From: Tubiluchus corallicola
Taxonomy: Eukaryota; Animalia; Priapulida
Length of the DNA: 64,000 nt
NCBI GenBank assembly: GCA_030141605.1
Contig: JAQGDQ010000231.1
Span: 62,001-126,000 of the forward strand
Reading direction: 5' to 3'
Below the pieces are notes generated by a model. The model worked only from the letters and a program-made list of their open reading frames with translations, had not been told where the DNA came from and made no database searches. The translations under genes and the position numbers were made by a program. This document shows, one piece after another, positions 15,635-29,620 of this stretch (position 1 is its first letter; the number at the start of each line of letters is the position of its first letter).

Positions 15635-15860
15635 CTATGTAAACTTGTATACTTTTATCATATCACCACGGACCTGTCTGTACCACATACTAAACAACTC
15701 TAAAGGCTTTAGACGCACCCCATAAGGCAGTTCCTTGTTCTGTGGGACTATCCTAGTTGCTCTGTGAAGAATTCCTTCGATCAGCTTCTGGTCCTTAACA
15801 TACCTGGGCGTCCATGCTGTTATACCATACTCAAGGTGTGGCCTAACTAATGAAATAATA
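15635..15860 (-). mobile_element. CR1-like LINE reverse transcriptase C-terminal fragment
   Basis: SLVRPHLEYGITAWTP...EGILHRATRIVP...RGDMIKVYK, typical CR1 ORF2 end motifs. Confidence 0.8.
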
Positions 15861-18800
15861 ATATGGCCCATAGTGATAATATCCTTGTATCATACTTCAG
15901 ACAGACCATATTTTGCTTACATATTGGAAGCACTCTTAAAGTAAATTTTGTGACTTTTGTCACCACTGAAATAATTATTGATCAAATTGGATTGGGCAAA
16001 TGAGAGCTGAAGAATTTGGTTGTCTGGCAATATGGTGAAACCAGTGAGATGTACAAACTAAAATGCTAGTCTATTGTTTAATCATGGAGGGTTTTGCAGG
16101 TTTTACTATAGCCCCCAAGAGCTATCTGTCAACATATTGATTTGTACAGAATTGAAAAACTTGGGTACTTTATCTCCTTAGTTACTTGTGTATTATTGCG
16201 TACAGGCCTCAAGAGACATCGTGCATCCATTTTCATGTGTAACAAAAAATCCTTCTTCAAATTTCTCAACTCAGGGCCATTTTGCAGAAATTTATGTTTC
16301 ATATTTTTATACATTTAATTTTTTATAGCACCCATTAATTATTTTTATTAAAACTACCTGCAATTTTTGTAGCTTTGATCAACCTTGCTACTGGATTTAG
16401 CTGGTATACTGAGACATATCGTCGCTATGCTGACAGTCTCCCACATCTAGTGTTGTTGTTGTTGTGTTTTGCATGCTTATATGTTCTAGAACATTGCATG
16501 CCTCACCGCTCCTGTCCACCTTTGCTGCCCATGATGCATCATCCATTAGTCTGCAGTTGTATTTGCTAAATCTGTTTGCTCTGTATCTATGTCAGTAGCT
16601 GACACCCACTTGGCTTTTTTGTTGTTCACAGAATTTTATGTAATGCTATAAGAGAGGCGATTTCTGAGGTTGTCTTAGTACATCCCCAATCCATTGCAAT
16701 CTTCTTACTTGGATTTGTGTAGTTCGAAGGATTCTTCTTCACCTCATCATTGGTGTTCTGTCAAGCCATTTAAGTCCTAACAATTTTCTGTAGATCTTTA
16801 AAAAGCTTCAGTTTCCTTCTGTTGTTTGGCTTTTATTATCCATAGCTCAGTATTAAAATCAGGTTCAACTGAAGCTGAAAGAATCTGAACTTTGGTTTCT
16901 ATACAAGGTATATTGTTTTCAAAAAACATAATGTGATTTGAATAAGCAGACAATGCTAGAATTTTCCTTGACTGCTACAGTGTCTAACAAGCTACTGAGA
17001 TAATTACCCTTTGTCATGAATCGTTACCTCTTTGCCGAATGTGATATTGTTTTGTTATCATAGTGCTGATCTTAAAAATTATATTTTTCTAAACGGCAAC
17101 TAATTATGCATTTTGTGTCTTGCAGTTAATCTAAATTTGTTGTAATGTAAGCTATATCGCATATTGCGTGGGTATTACAGATGGTCTTTCAAGTGCAACA
17201 TGATTATCCTAAACTAGTTTATCTGGTGAGAAGTTTCCTGGATTAAGATCTGTGTATGCATGCTATTCATCTGACCTAGCCGCAGCAAGATAAAAAGTGG
17301 TTAGAACTGCAGACTGATGCCTTTTTGTCCATGGTTACTACACGATTTTTTCCAAAAATGACAAAATAATAGCTGATTGTCCTTCTAGATATTATAGTAG
17401 TGTATCAGTTCACTGGGTGGAACCTTTGCCAAAACAAATCACAACTTTGGCTACAACTAAACATGCCAAATTTATCAAAAATGTTTTCCACATCTTTTCC
17501 AAAAAAACTGCTGTACTTTTTTACTTTTTGGCACAAATTTTTCACTGCTGGAATTTTCATTTCTTTTAAATTGTTTTCTGGGGCTAGTTGATTTTCAGAA
17601 GTTTGGCAGTATGGTCAAAGAAATTATATCGAATGAATTGAATTGAAAGACCATCAGAGAAGTAAATGAAATGAAAATTTGACATCTTCTTCTATTCTTA
17701 TCGATAAATTATCAAAGCCTGAAATAACTGTTTAATTTAAGATTCATTTGTTTATTTTCACCTACTCATGCAAAACAGTTACTCGCCTTTATAATTACTA
17801 TGCGTTGAGTGCACAAAGTTTTGCCATTTTGTGTAATGCCAAACAGCAAATTTTATTGTGAATACTCATGGGAGTTATATACAATAGGCCTGTAGAATAC
17901 CGCTGAAATTGATTTGTTTGCAAAATTTACCAGAATATCCTCTGTATTGCATTTTTCTGCATTGTATTATTATATGCTTAATATATATGTTCCATGTTCC
18001 ATCTGTTAATGTCTTAACAAAACTGGATTGAGCAAGTTTGGCATTTTTTACTAATCCAGCTAATGCGACTTATGTTCCAAATTGGCAGTAAATGCATATT
18101 ATGCGCTTATGTGGGTTTACATAAGACCTGCATGGATTGAATCTGTATACAAGCCCTGTTGTTCTCTATTGTACGAAAATGTATGTACACCTGTTTAACT
18201 TCGATCCTGGCAATACAATTTCTGCACGAGATTGCCCTATTCAAGCAGATGTTTCGCACCCAGAATATTCGTTAGGGCAGGTTTATGCTAATAATTTTCT
18301 CCAAATTATTTCAAATGCCGCAAAACGGCCAAAACACATTAAATCAGTGAAGACACACAGGTAAGGATTTTTTGGACACTTTACAAGGCGTAGATTCAGT
18401 GAGTGTTTCAGACAGTAGGTGACTAAGAAATCAAAAACTGTTGCAGTTACTGTCTGACTAAAAGAAATACTCATGGCAACGGTCTCGGCAAGAACGGAAA
18501 AACATGAAACAAATGTACATGAAAGAAAAAGGCATGAAGAAAAAGTCGATCTCGTCCCATCATCTTGGAAGATTTGTGGTAAAATAGTCACGTGTAGTAC
18601 ATAATGCAACAGCTCGGCGGTTATTTGAGCCACTGCAAGAGTTAGTTAGGCATGGACTTTTGTTATCAGTTAATCATTTAGAAAGCAGATTCAAATCACA
18701 TGGGATTCATATAAAACCCGTGTAAGTTTACTCCGGTAAGCTAGCTAAACTTGGTGATATAACAAGTCCCAAGATTACCAAGGCATTTCACCTATTACTC

Positions 18801-19083
18801 TAGCATTTTATTGTTTTGCTGTATGTGAATTATAAAAGTAGTTATTTTTGAACCTAAGGCACATCACAGAGAATTTAAAACAGTCTTTTTGTTTTTTGTA
18901 TTTCAGAATTGGACTGTGTTAGCAGTACATGAGCTGTTACAGCAAAGCCTTTCCGTAAAACACTGGAGTAAGTGCATTTAAGAAAATGTCACACCGTCAT
19001 AATATTTGTTTCATCGGTTGGCTTTAGTGACTTCAAAAAGTACAATATCAAGTAGTAACTTGGCCACCTGTATTGTCGTCACT

Positions 19084-21900
19084 ATGGCCGAGTTAGAAGG
19101 ATTTATAAATGAAGAAAAAGAGCTCCTCTTAGATAAAAAAATGGAGGCAATACGTCGTCGAAATGAAAAACTGCAGAAGCGATTTGAGGAAGTTGAAGCT
19201 GATAAAAAACATGCCGAACAGATAAGTTCATCTGCCAAAGTGGTGGATGACCACCATTCTGTGAAACCCCATGGTATGACCAAACGTGGTGCTGGTAGAG
19301 GCAAAAGGGTGTCTGCTGAACTCAAGCAAAATATATACCTAAATGATAAGCAAAATTTTATTCCTAGAATGACTGTTGAACCACCACCTGATCCTGTTTT
19401 TAGTTTTCTTGCTGATCGTTCCCGAGATGGGCAGTTCATATCTCCGGAGAATCAAGGTTCAAGCAGACGTCATAGGAGTAACTGGGGTGGAACAAATTTT
19501 GAAAACGTCAAAAGTAATATGACGCGCCAAAAGATAAGCGAAGATCGTTTTCCTCACCGACGGCAGGGATTCCCTTCGAAAGCAGAAAAAGAATTGGTTA
19601 TGACTGGAAAGGAACGACAAGAATATGACCAGTGGAAGTTGGAAAGGGAAAAAATAGATTTTGAGAGAAAAGTAAGGAAAGAGCGGGCTGGAAAGAAAGA
19701 GTGGGACCTAGATAAAGTACCAGATATTGACATTGCTCCAAAAGAGCCTGCCATCCCAGTGTCGAAAAGACATGGTAGAATGGCATACGAAAGACAAAAA
19801 GTTATAAGATCTGAAGATTTTGTAGTGGAAAACAGTAATTACCCTAGAAAGCAAAAACCTGAGCAAAGTAATGAGAAACAACGTGAACACAATACAAATC
19901 AACAAAGTGCCAATTACCATGCTCCACATTCAGAAAAACAAGGCAATAAGCTTAGTGGGATGTCACCATCCTCAGACTATGGTGATTCAAGTTTTCTTAG
20001 TGATTCTGCGGCTGGTGCTAGACAGAAAGAAAGAAATTACAACATGCATTCACCTGAAAATGTCAATACAAAACCTGCAATTGTTAAACATAAAGTGCTT
20101 TATAAAGAATCAACTGCAAAACAACTAGATGACGTTAATCCAGTCCAGAACAAACATTATAGAGCAGCTCGTGGTCGAGGTCGTCATTTACGTACCTGTA
20201 GAGAATCTTGTTCAATAGTTAATACTGCTTCTGTTGAACCCAGTTTTACTGACAATGGTGATGCAAAGAAAACAACACTGGCTACAATAGCACTAGACGA
20301 AAGCGCTACAGTACTGAGCAATGTAGATGATTCTGAATTAGAAAAAGATTATGCTATTACAACCAACAGAAAGGTCCAGTCACACAAGGAAAAATTGGTC
20401 ATAGAAATACAAAATAATCTAATGGGGAAGCTTTCTGGAAAAAATGCAGGCAAGAGAAGAAAACGAGGCAAACGAGACAGTTATAGTAGCTCTATTTCTT
20501 CTGATGCGGGAACTGCTTCTGAGCCTTCATCAGAGCTAATAATGAAAGAAAATGATGACAGTCACGTAGGTGATGATGGACAGGTAATAGAAGGTGCTGA
20601 TGATGATAACTGGGAAGACTGCTCAACTGGAAGTGAATCTGTAGAACTGTCTGGGGATTGTGCTCGTGAATCTATTGAATCACCTCATAAAGGCACTTCA
20701 CCACAGTTGCCAGATAGGGACAGTGCTGGCGGCATTTCTGACTGGGCTGCTGCTGTACAGTCGCCAACTACTCCTGTCATTGTGCAAAGCCCTGGTGGCC
20801 ATCAACATGTGCCAGAGTGGCCAGCTATGGCATTATTTAGAATAGCTGGTGACATCGAATGTGACCAATCAGATACCACTATGGCAGATTCTACTAAAGA
20901 CTTACGTGATTTCAAAGCAGAAAAGATAGCTTGTGCTGATTCTAATAAGCAATGTCTTATGCAACTGAAGACATCAGAACATGTTGCTGATAAACCTGAA
21001 GATCGAGCAGCAGTGAGTGATAAACCGCTAAATTTTTCCGAGGATTCATATCAGCCGTTACTTGAAAAACCTCCCGTTGAACGTTTTCAGCAACCTGATC
21101 GACAAAATCTTGATGCAAGTTTTCAAAAGCGTGTTCAGCAATCTACTGATGAAGCCATTTCTGAGTCAGCTGCCAAGTCTTCTGAATCCATACAAGAATC
21201 AGAGCTTTCAAATAATTCCGTTGAACATTCACCTGGAAAACCTGTAGATTTCGATATAGCAGATGAACAAGTGTGTAGTGATGATATTCACCAGAGTGAC
21301 AAGTTTATATCTAATGAGGGAAATCAAAATTGGAATGAAAACCACGATTCAGCAAGCGTAGACAAAATGTATTCTGTTCATTCTGTTGATGAACATCCCT
21401 ACAATGAGGAAGGTTCCGGTGAACCTATTCAGTTTTCCTCTGTGCAAACTATCGACATTATAGAATCATCAGATAATCAGCTTATTCAACAATTAGGTGA
21501 AGAGATTACTCAACCAAATGAAGAAATTTCTATTACACTTGTTGAACCTGTTTCTAATGGTAATTTAACTTCTGCTAAATCTGATCCCTTTGATGAACAG
21601 GCTGGTCCTGGTATTCATCAAGAATCGGTCAATTCATCTAACCAAACTGGTAGAGAATCTGTTCAAGAATTAGATGATCAAACTTCTCGTAACTTTGTTC
21701 AGCAAACAAATGAAATTTATGGTGATTCTATTCCACAAGCATATGTACAGATATGCAAAGACAGTGTTCAACAGTCTTGTCAGATTTCTGATGAAACTGT
21801 TTCCAGTGATCCTGTTCAGGCATCAAATGAACAGGTTACAAATGAATCTGATGAAACAGTTGAACAGTTAAATGAAGATAATCCAGGTGAGTCTCATTAA
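19084..21900 (+). CDS. CCDC9: CCDC9-like protein (DUF4594 family) with long acidic disordered C-terminus
   Basis: Uninterrupted ORF from ATG 19084. N-terminal coil LDKKMEAIRRRNEKLQKRFEEVEADKK and MTGKERQEYDQWKLEREKID...EWDLDK match CCDC9/CCDC9B motifs. 5'UTR acceptor TTTCAG ends at 18906. Confidence 0.8.
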   Translation: MAELEGFINEEKELLLDKKMEAIRRRNEKLQKRFEEVEADKKHAEQISSSAKVVDDHHSVKPHGMTKRGAGRGKRVSAELKQNIYLNDKQNFIPRMTVEPPPDPVFSFLADRSRDGQFISPENQGSSRRHRSNWGGTNFENVKSNMTRQKISEDRFPHRRQGFPSKAEKELVMTGKERQEYDQWKLEREKIDFERKVRKERAGKKEWDLDKVPDIDIAPKEPAIPVSKRHGRMAYERQKVIRSEDFVVENSNYPRKQKPEQSNEKQREHNTNQQSANYHAPHSEKQGNKLSGMSPSSDYGDSSFLSDSAAGARQKERNYNMHSPENVNTKPAIVKHKVLYKESTAKQLDDVNPVQNKHYRAARGRGRHLRTCRESCSIVNTASVEPSFTDNGDAKKTTLATIALDESATVLSNVDDSELEKDYAITTNRKVQSHKEKLVIEIQNNLMGKLSGKNAGKRRKRGKRDSYSSSISSDAGTASEPSSELIMKENDDSHVGDDGQVIEGADDDNWEDCSTGSESVELSGDCARESIESPHKGTSPQLPDRDSAGGISDWAAAVQSPTTPVIVQSPGGHQHVPEWPAMALFRIAGDIECDQSDTTMADSTKDLRDFKAEKIACADSNKQCLMQLKTSEHVADKPEDRAAVSDKPLNFSEDSYQPLLEKPPVERFQQPDRQNLDASFQKRVQQSTDEAISESAAKSSESIQESELSNNSVEHSPGKPVDFDIADEQVCSDDIHQSDKFISNEGNQNWNENHDSASVDKMYSVHSVDEHPYNEEGSGEPIQFSSVQTIDIIESSDNQLIQQLGEEITQPNEEISITLVEPVSNGNLTSAKSDPFDEQAGPGIHQESVNSSNQTGRESVQELDDQTSRNFVQQTNEIYGDSIPQAYVQICKDSVQQSCQISDETVSSDPVQASNEQVTNESDETVEQLNEDNPGESH

Positions 21901-24900
21901 TAGTCAATACTATATATTTCTTTGTTAGCTGAAAACATTAAATTACTTAACATTTTCCCTTTTTTGTGATGGATGATCATATTAACCTAGTGCAACAAAT
22001 TTATTTGTTTACCCATAATGAACATTTTGCAAATGCTGGTTGACATTTCAGGCCATGCTGCAATAGGTTTTTGCTGGGAATCACTGCCTATTTGTGCTCT
22101 TTATTTTACAAAATGTATTACATTAAATACCTATTTATCATTAGTGTAACCATTTTTAGCGTCCCTTCTATATGATGGTACATCTCACTAATTTTATCAT
22201 TTTGTTGCCTCTGTATTTTCTAGATATCTTTGTTGGTGACTAATCGTATGCAATTATTACCAGCACTGGGCTAGCTGTAACAATTCTTTAGATTGTTGTT
22301 CATCTTGGCATTGATAAAATGTATAGAACTTTGCATTCTAATTAGAAGCTTTATTTGATACATAATATTTTTAAGTCCCCGTGAAATTCCTCCTTTATTA
22401 GATCAGAATTGGCTGCATTTTTCATTAATGTACTAGTAAAAGAATAATACTGTAACCAGTTTAACAGACTTGGTAAGGAGGTATTACATATATATACTCA
22501 TTCTGCAGCCAATTATATAGAAATCATTGTATTCACCCGACAACTTGTATTCTCACTTATTCACATTGTTTTTCATACTTACTCAGCAGATGTGGTTAAC
22601 TGCATGAAAGCCCATATCATTGTAGTATAAGATGTTATTCGTTCAAATTATTCTGTTTACTTCTCTTCTGTTTCTGAATATTTTTAATATTCTTACTATT
22701 GCTAATATTTTTGTTTTACAGTTCATTATTTACCATAAGGTAAAAAGCAGTCATTGTTATGTTAAATTCTCCAATATAAATTGAATATTTTTCTGATAAA
22801 TTCTTCTGATAAAGGAATATTTTTATTACAAAACTTAATTTGGTGAACTGGCAGATTGTGTGCTTAATATTACGTAATTTAAAGCTGTATATCCACTGGT
22901 TAGAACTACAAAGCCTAAGCATTTTTACTCTGATTTAATAGAATTTATATTTTCTTATCATCATAAATAGGTTTTGAATAAAATGGCAATAAACCTCTGA
23001 TATTAATCATTGATAATGACCAAGTAATTATAGATATTAAAAAATGGCATATTTTAGCAGCCAATTTAGTTCATAAAATTTTTTCATTAAACTTAAAAAA
23101 CAATAATACTTTAAAGTCATGTGTTATGTCAATGCAGTTGATGGTGTATAGTTGTTATGGTAATGTATATGTATGGTGTAATCATGTAGTAATTATTAAC
23201 TAATTTTACTACCATCACAAGAATTTTGTGCGGGATATTGTTTTGTCCATAGATACTTGAAATTTTCAAAAAACAAGTGAATTTAGGCTTTTCATTTTTA
23301 CTGCAGCTGCTTACGCACCTAATGCTTGACTTAGTGTAATAAGTATTACTTAGTCCATTAGCTGAAATCTATTGAACTACATCTAATACGACGATTAATT
23401 TTGCCTCTTCACTTAATTCTTTTTTCACAATTAAATTTGCTACATGATGTTTTGCTTTTTTATTTACTTTTATTGATATGTTTTTGTAGCACGCAGAAAT
23501 ATCTGTTAGAATAGTTAGTTTCTTATATACATTTTACTGTATTAACGCGAAAACAGAGTATTTCGCTAATTTAATTTTTTATTCATGATAAAAAAATGTA
23601 GCTTATTAAGTTCAAATTTAATGTTGTTTTTGTTTTGTACATATATTATCTAATGCAGCTAGAAAACTGCCTGCTTTTGATTTGTTAATGTATCATTGTA
23701 ATAATGATAGGCCTATTATTGTCCTGCGTTGTTTTATTAATTTGTAAATGGCTACTCGTAAAGGAGCCTAGGTGCTTCAAATGCTAGTGTGGTTTCTTGT
23801 AGTGTACAGGCCAGGTTAGCAAGAACTTGGAGGGGTCTAATTATGTAGGTCAAATCATGTAGGTTTTTGCTTGAAACATAAATTTTCTTAAAACATCTTT
23901 GTTATATTTTTAGTTGGTTGTTTAAAACTTTAAATTGCAATGACAAACTTTATTGTGGAATAACTTTAAGTCGATATTATTTTTAAATTAAAAAATATTT
24001 AAGTAATAACAGCTGCATATCAGACTTGCAGGATAATTTTTACATTTTTTGTTTTAGTTAATGTTATTTCATTTGAATATGTGTTACATATTAGTGTAGA
24101 CAGAGTATGATTATGTAATCAGTGACAGATGATAAAACTAAACTAACAAAGCTCAGTAAATTATTCAAGACCTCTAATCACTGAGGGTATCCAGAACCAA
24201 CCCTTTGGAATGGATATATTTTTCTGCAAAAACCGGCTGTGTACAGTATGTATTTCACATAATGGGTATCTAAAATAAGTTATAGTGGTCTGCATGGCTG
24301 CGTCTTTGCAAGAATGACAATTCTGTTTTTATCTTATTAGCTGTGTTCTGTATTGTTGCTGGGTGTGAATTTCTGTTCATAACAGTTAAAGTTTTATGGC
24401 TCAAAATATAGGTCTGTCACTGTTTGTATAACAGTTTAACCCAACATTGTATCATTCTTACTTATATTTTTAATACTAAATTAATGATATGTTTGTATTA
24501 TATATATAATTATAATGTTAGACTAATAATTATCATGAAAACTTAGTAGTATGAAAGGTAATCAAATTTTTCTTTGTAAATAATTTGACTTAATGCAACA
24601 TTTTATGTTTTACTTTTGTTATTTTATTGTTGACATTGCAGGAAAAAGTACTAATGTTATTGGGAAGATAATTCTAGATTTAATAAGTGTGACTCAATCG
24701 TACCTTTACTAAAACTGAGCAAAAACTTTAGCTATGTGTTTTGTACTAAAACCAAACAAAATATTAAATTTTACTGTAAATTTTGGTATCAGTAATCAAT
24801 AAGTTTCTCCCCTCTTGTTCTTAAAAGATGTGCAACACGTAATTTTTGCATTGGATGATCATTATTGTAACTCGCTGTGATCTCACATCATACTTTTCTT

Positions 24901-27869
24901 CTAAATTAATAATTAATTGTACAAGAACATGCGAATATACCTAAGCTCATTTTAAAATTTAATGCTAAGTCTTGTTTACTGATTACGTCACCTCATGCTC
25001 TGAATAGTGTAGGATTACTGCACATAATTCTTGTGTGCAGTGATGATTTATTCAATACGAAACTGGTGTTTTTTGTTCATTACATTTTTGTTGCTAACTA
25101 ATATAACATAATAAATTTTATACAAAATGAATTAGCTGTTTGCTTTTGCTCTGTGATTGACTATGAGCAATTAGTTATAAACATCTTGTGCTTTTTGCAT
25201 TTACCTATATTGCCAATTTTTAAGTAATGAAAATGAGACTAACAAACATACTTCATGGCAGCATGAAATGAAGTAGCTCTTTATTGTAATAAGAAAAGGA
25301 AGACTTTGGTTTGTCAAGCTTATTGTTCATACATTGTTTGTATCATAGAAAAACAATGGAAGTAATGCTAAGCTAGAAACGTTCTGTGAAGTTTTGCAAT
25401 TACGCTGGAACTCACACCCAATACCTTCTGCATTCTGGGGCATATGCAACATAAAAGCTAAAGTGATTTTTTTGTCAATGCTTGATGTACTAGTTGTTGT
25501 ATCATTTATCACAAACTTTAGTTTTATCTACAAAATGCTGAAGTTTCAAATGAGCATTAAACAAAATAATTTCAACTTAATTCTTTGTTCTTGTTTTTTC
25601 CAGTCTTGTGCCCATTAGGAGCTATGCAATATTAGGTTGGCTTATCTGGCAGCATTGTATTTTCCCTATCTATCAAGAAATTAATTTTCTGGTTGTTTAA
25701 TAATTACATACTTTGTTACAATGTTATAATGGTTTTATAGAGTTTGTTCTTTTGTTTTGTATTGGCAGTTTGGCACTATATTTGCCAGCAATATTTTTTC
25801 AAATTTAAGAAATTTTGCATCTTTACTGGACTTGAACCCAACACTTTCTGTCTTCCAGGTATCTATGCTAATCTTAATTGGGTCCAACACAACAAGTTCT
25901 TGTTTTGCACAAATTGTAATATTCCTGGTTGACTTCATTAGGGTGAACAGATTTGAACATTCATGAATCATGATGCATGTTATTTGCTAGCAATATTTTT
26001 CTCAGATTCAATTCAAGTTACATATAATACAACCACATAAAATTATAAATGCTCGAAGGCAAAATTACATTAGGAGGTTACGCACATGCATACCAGCACA
26101 GTGCAATGCCTTAGTCACTGAACTAAGCAGCAGACAGATCATACGTCCCCAAGTCGGCCCGTCCCGATATAAGCACGCGTCTGTAGTGACTAGAGATGGG
26201 TCGCAGAGCTGGCACCTTGCACAGAGGAAATGTAGTGCGAAGAGCTCCCGTATTTAATTCTATTTGTTAGAGAAAACCACAGAGATAAACGTCTTCGCAT
26301 CCTGTAGTTGTATTTCGATCTCTTACTGGATGTAAATTTTTAATTTTTCGCTTTGAAAGTTCATTTTTTAATGGAAAAGTGGATTCACTTTTCTTTCTGT
26401 AAAAAGGCAAATGACCATCTAGCAAGAATCAGGCTCAGAGGTATACGAGTGCAATAATATTTATAATTTAATTTGAAATGATTTTTGATGGGCTTTTAAT
26501 TTTGCTAACATAGTTTAAGTTGCTTAGTTGACCATAATCGTTTTTTTTGTTTCGACCCGAGTGTCTCTAGTTTTGGATTCTAGTTTCAAGTCAAGGACAT
26601 ATAATGATAATGATCATTTTTTTCAAAATCAGTTATTGGTTTTTTGAATCATCACATCAGAGTCTATCGCCGAAATCTTCATACAAATGCTTTAATCAAC
26701 ACACATTAGATGTTTATCACAATGTAAAATTCTCTAACAAAAACTGAAAATGAGTTCACGGTGAAGTGACTCTAACACTGGTAAAACATGTACATAATAA
26801 TCGTGCCCGTTTGTTTAAATGTTCAGTGCTATCTATGAAAGGTCTTTATTTATTAGATCAAAATCTTTTTGGTCAGCATCTTCACATGATAATATATCTA
26901 CCAATATGAAATTAGATAGTCAGTATGCTGAGCAATGTTGTGTAACAGCACATCCCTTTGGTTAGAATAAAGTACACACTCAGACAAAAAATGTTCTGTA
27001 AATTCAACTAACCTGCATTCACAGATTGGATAATTAATGATTTCAATCTTCAGGAGATACTGAAGATAGTAGTTAAGTTTAGTAAGTTATATCAAAATGA
27101 AATAAGTGATTTTGGCTAACACTTAAATAACTAAATTAGACTGAACTAACTGGCAAAAATGAAATGGTAACTCCATTTATTTTACAACAACAGAAAAAAT
27201 AAGACAAAGAACTTAATTTAAGTACAACCTCGTGTCGCAATAATAAAACTTGCGCACTACAAAAAAAACAAATTTCTGATCATTTTTACGACCCATTACA
27301 AGAGATATAGCACAGGTGATACATTGTTAATTATAAATTAAACTACTAATTTAACAAAATAATGTGTGTGTAAATGCCATTGAAAATTTTGAACCATTTA
27401 GAGGCAGAAGGGAAATCCATTCTGTATTATTATGAATAGGCTAAAGAAAGAAGTGATGGAATTAAATTTTTGAAAATGTATGAGCTGAATATTGGGACGT
27501 ACAGCACGTAACAAATGAAAAGTGCCAATCAGATCACCACTTCTGTTCAAGATCTACTGCGCAGTACACCAGGTTGTCAAGCAAGTGCGAGGAAGTACAG
27601 ATGTGTCAAACTGTTGCAATTATGCAATAAACATGTAACAGCCTAAGACCTTGATCGTACATTTTTATATGTAATTCTGAAGGCTCTTCAATGTTTTGCA
27701 GCTGTTGCAATGAAGCTCCAGCACTGCCAAACAGTTCCTAATTAACCTAATATCAGTTAAACCAATACATGTTAATTTAGTTCATTGCAGATTTTAATTT
27801 TATTGCAGTTTCCTAATTAGAAAATACAGTAACTACACATCTTGAATGCAGACCACTCATATGATAATA

Positions 27870-28596
27870 CAGTAGGTGCCGCTTAATAGACTTATTTTCA
27901 GTTGGATGTGTATTGACCGAATTAACCGATTGAATCTATTAGCCGACATGTGTAGTATTACTAGTCTAGAAGTATGTGTCATCACTCCTCAGCTTGTTAT
28001 GCACTGCAAAGCCTGCGAGTGCTTTAAATATTAAGTCTACGCTTATGCTGTACTGTACTTTTCAGAATTAACTCTACACTTTAGGATGTTGTTTGTAAAC
28101 AATACTTACAGATTACTGTTGCTGCCTCGGTGTCATAACACCAACAGTTATACTGATTAAATGTGCTGTGAAAAGCAGGAAGAGCTTCAAAAGGAAACTG
28201 CCAGACAAGTGATTAAATTTTTAGCTTCCAGAAATTCTTGGGTAAAAGGGTTAATTGCAATAGAAGAGCGGCAACAGATTCAAAGCAAAACAGCAATGCT
28301 AGTATATTAGCGCACGATAAACGGTACCTGCTTACAAACAAAACTGTCCTTAAAACGTGATTGTTTTTTTTTGCATAATATAATGCACACAGATGAAGCA
28401 AAGATGGCATTGGAAAGTATTAAAAGCTCTCTGGTCACACACATATGTCTTATTTTAAGTTAAGTATCTGAATCAAAAATATTGAGTCAATTATGAGGAA
28501 TTATTTGAGACAGTTTTTATATACATTTAAATTGGAATGGCCCATAATTAAGCAAATGATTCTATTAATCGGGAGTTTAATAAATGGTGCCTACTG
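27870..28596. mobile_element. Pogo/Tigger-type non-autonomous element (MITE)
   Basis: TIRs CAGTAGGTGCCGCTTAATAGAC and reverse complement CAGTAGGCACCATTTATTAAAC, with TA on both flanks. Confidence 0.7.
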
Positions 28597-29582
28597 TATC
28601 CCAAATATAGTGAAGAATTACATAATTACTGGGTGGCTTACAATTTATAATGAATAAATTAGATTTTTTGACAACTTTCCACACTTTTCAACGAGTTGCA
28701 TTATAAACAAAATTACGAAGCACTTGTGTCCTGTAACTAGCTGCAACTGCATCGATCTTAAAGATTTTTCACATTGCTCAAACCTGTCATGGTGGCTCAC
28801 ATTATCACTGCTCCACTGTGTATATTGACCCTGTCGTGTCAGCCCACACACACAGAAGCTGTATTGCAGCTCCACCCGCAATCTTTGTTAGCATCGCATT
28901 ATCAACTGGCATAGTGCAAATAAGGTAGCCAGAGAAAAGATCAGCATATTTATAGGATGTTACTTAATGAATTCATATCGTTAAAAGATAAAACAGAAAA
29001 CGACGAGGCGATTAAAATATGTGTCAAAAGCAATACACTCCAAATTAAATATATGTACGAAATAAAATAAGCAAGTTACAACACTTGGTCAAAGAGAACG
29101 AAAAAGTCATTTATGGAAAAATGTAAACTCAGAAGAAAACAGAATTTTAGCCAGTTTTAAACTTGCTCTGAAAGAGAGAAAAACTGTGTAATGGAAAAAG
29201 AAGGAGATGCATGTTTAAATAGAGAAGCTATATCAAAAATGCATATTTTCGGATGTGAAAAAGAAGCAAATGCAAGAATGCATTGAAAGTAACTAACAGT
29301 ATTAAAAAGGGAGGAGTTGTTCACTCTGTTGATGAAAATAAAACAGTTACGTGTCATTAAGAAATAAAAAACTTCACACATGACATGAACAGTTGCTGCA
29401 GAAATAACAGCAGAATCACAAAATGTAAATAACCCAGCAGGAGTTCATTTCACAATGGCCAGTCAGTGCTTCAGCTAGGGAGCTGCTTCACAATGTCATA
29501 ACTCACAAACACCACAGTAAATGCAGATGCAGAATATAAATGCAGATGCAGAATATACTTAAACATACCACATATACTGCAA

Positions 29583-29584
<2 letters not shown>

Positions 29585-29618
<34 letters not shown>

Positions 29619-29620
29619 GT
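29585..29620. repeat. (GT)n microsatellite
   Basis: GT dinucleotide run. Confidence 0.9.

Noticed and set aside
19006-19083. TTG-initiated N-terminal extension of CCDC9-like
   Set aside because: The ORF caller used a non-ATG start; recognisable homology begins after ATG 19084, which has a good Kozak context (ACTATGG).
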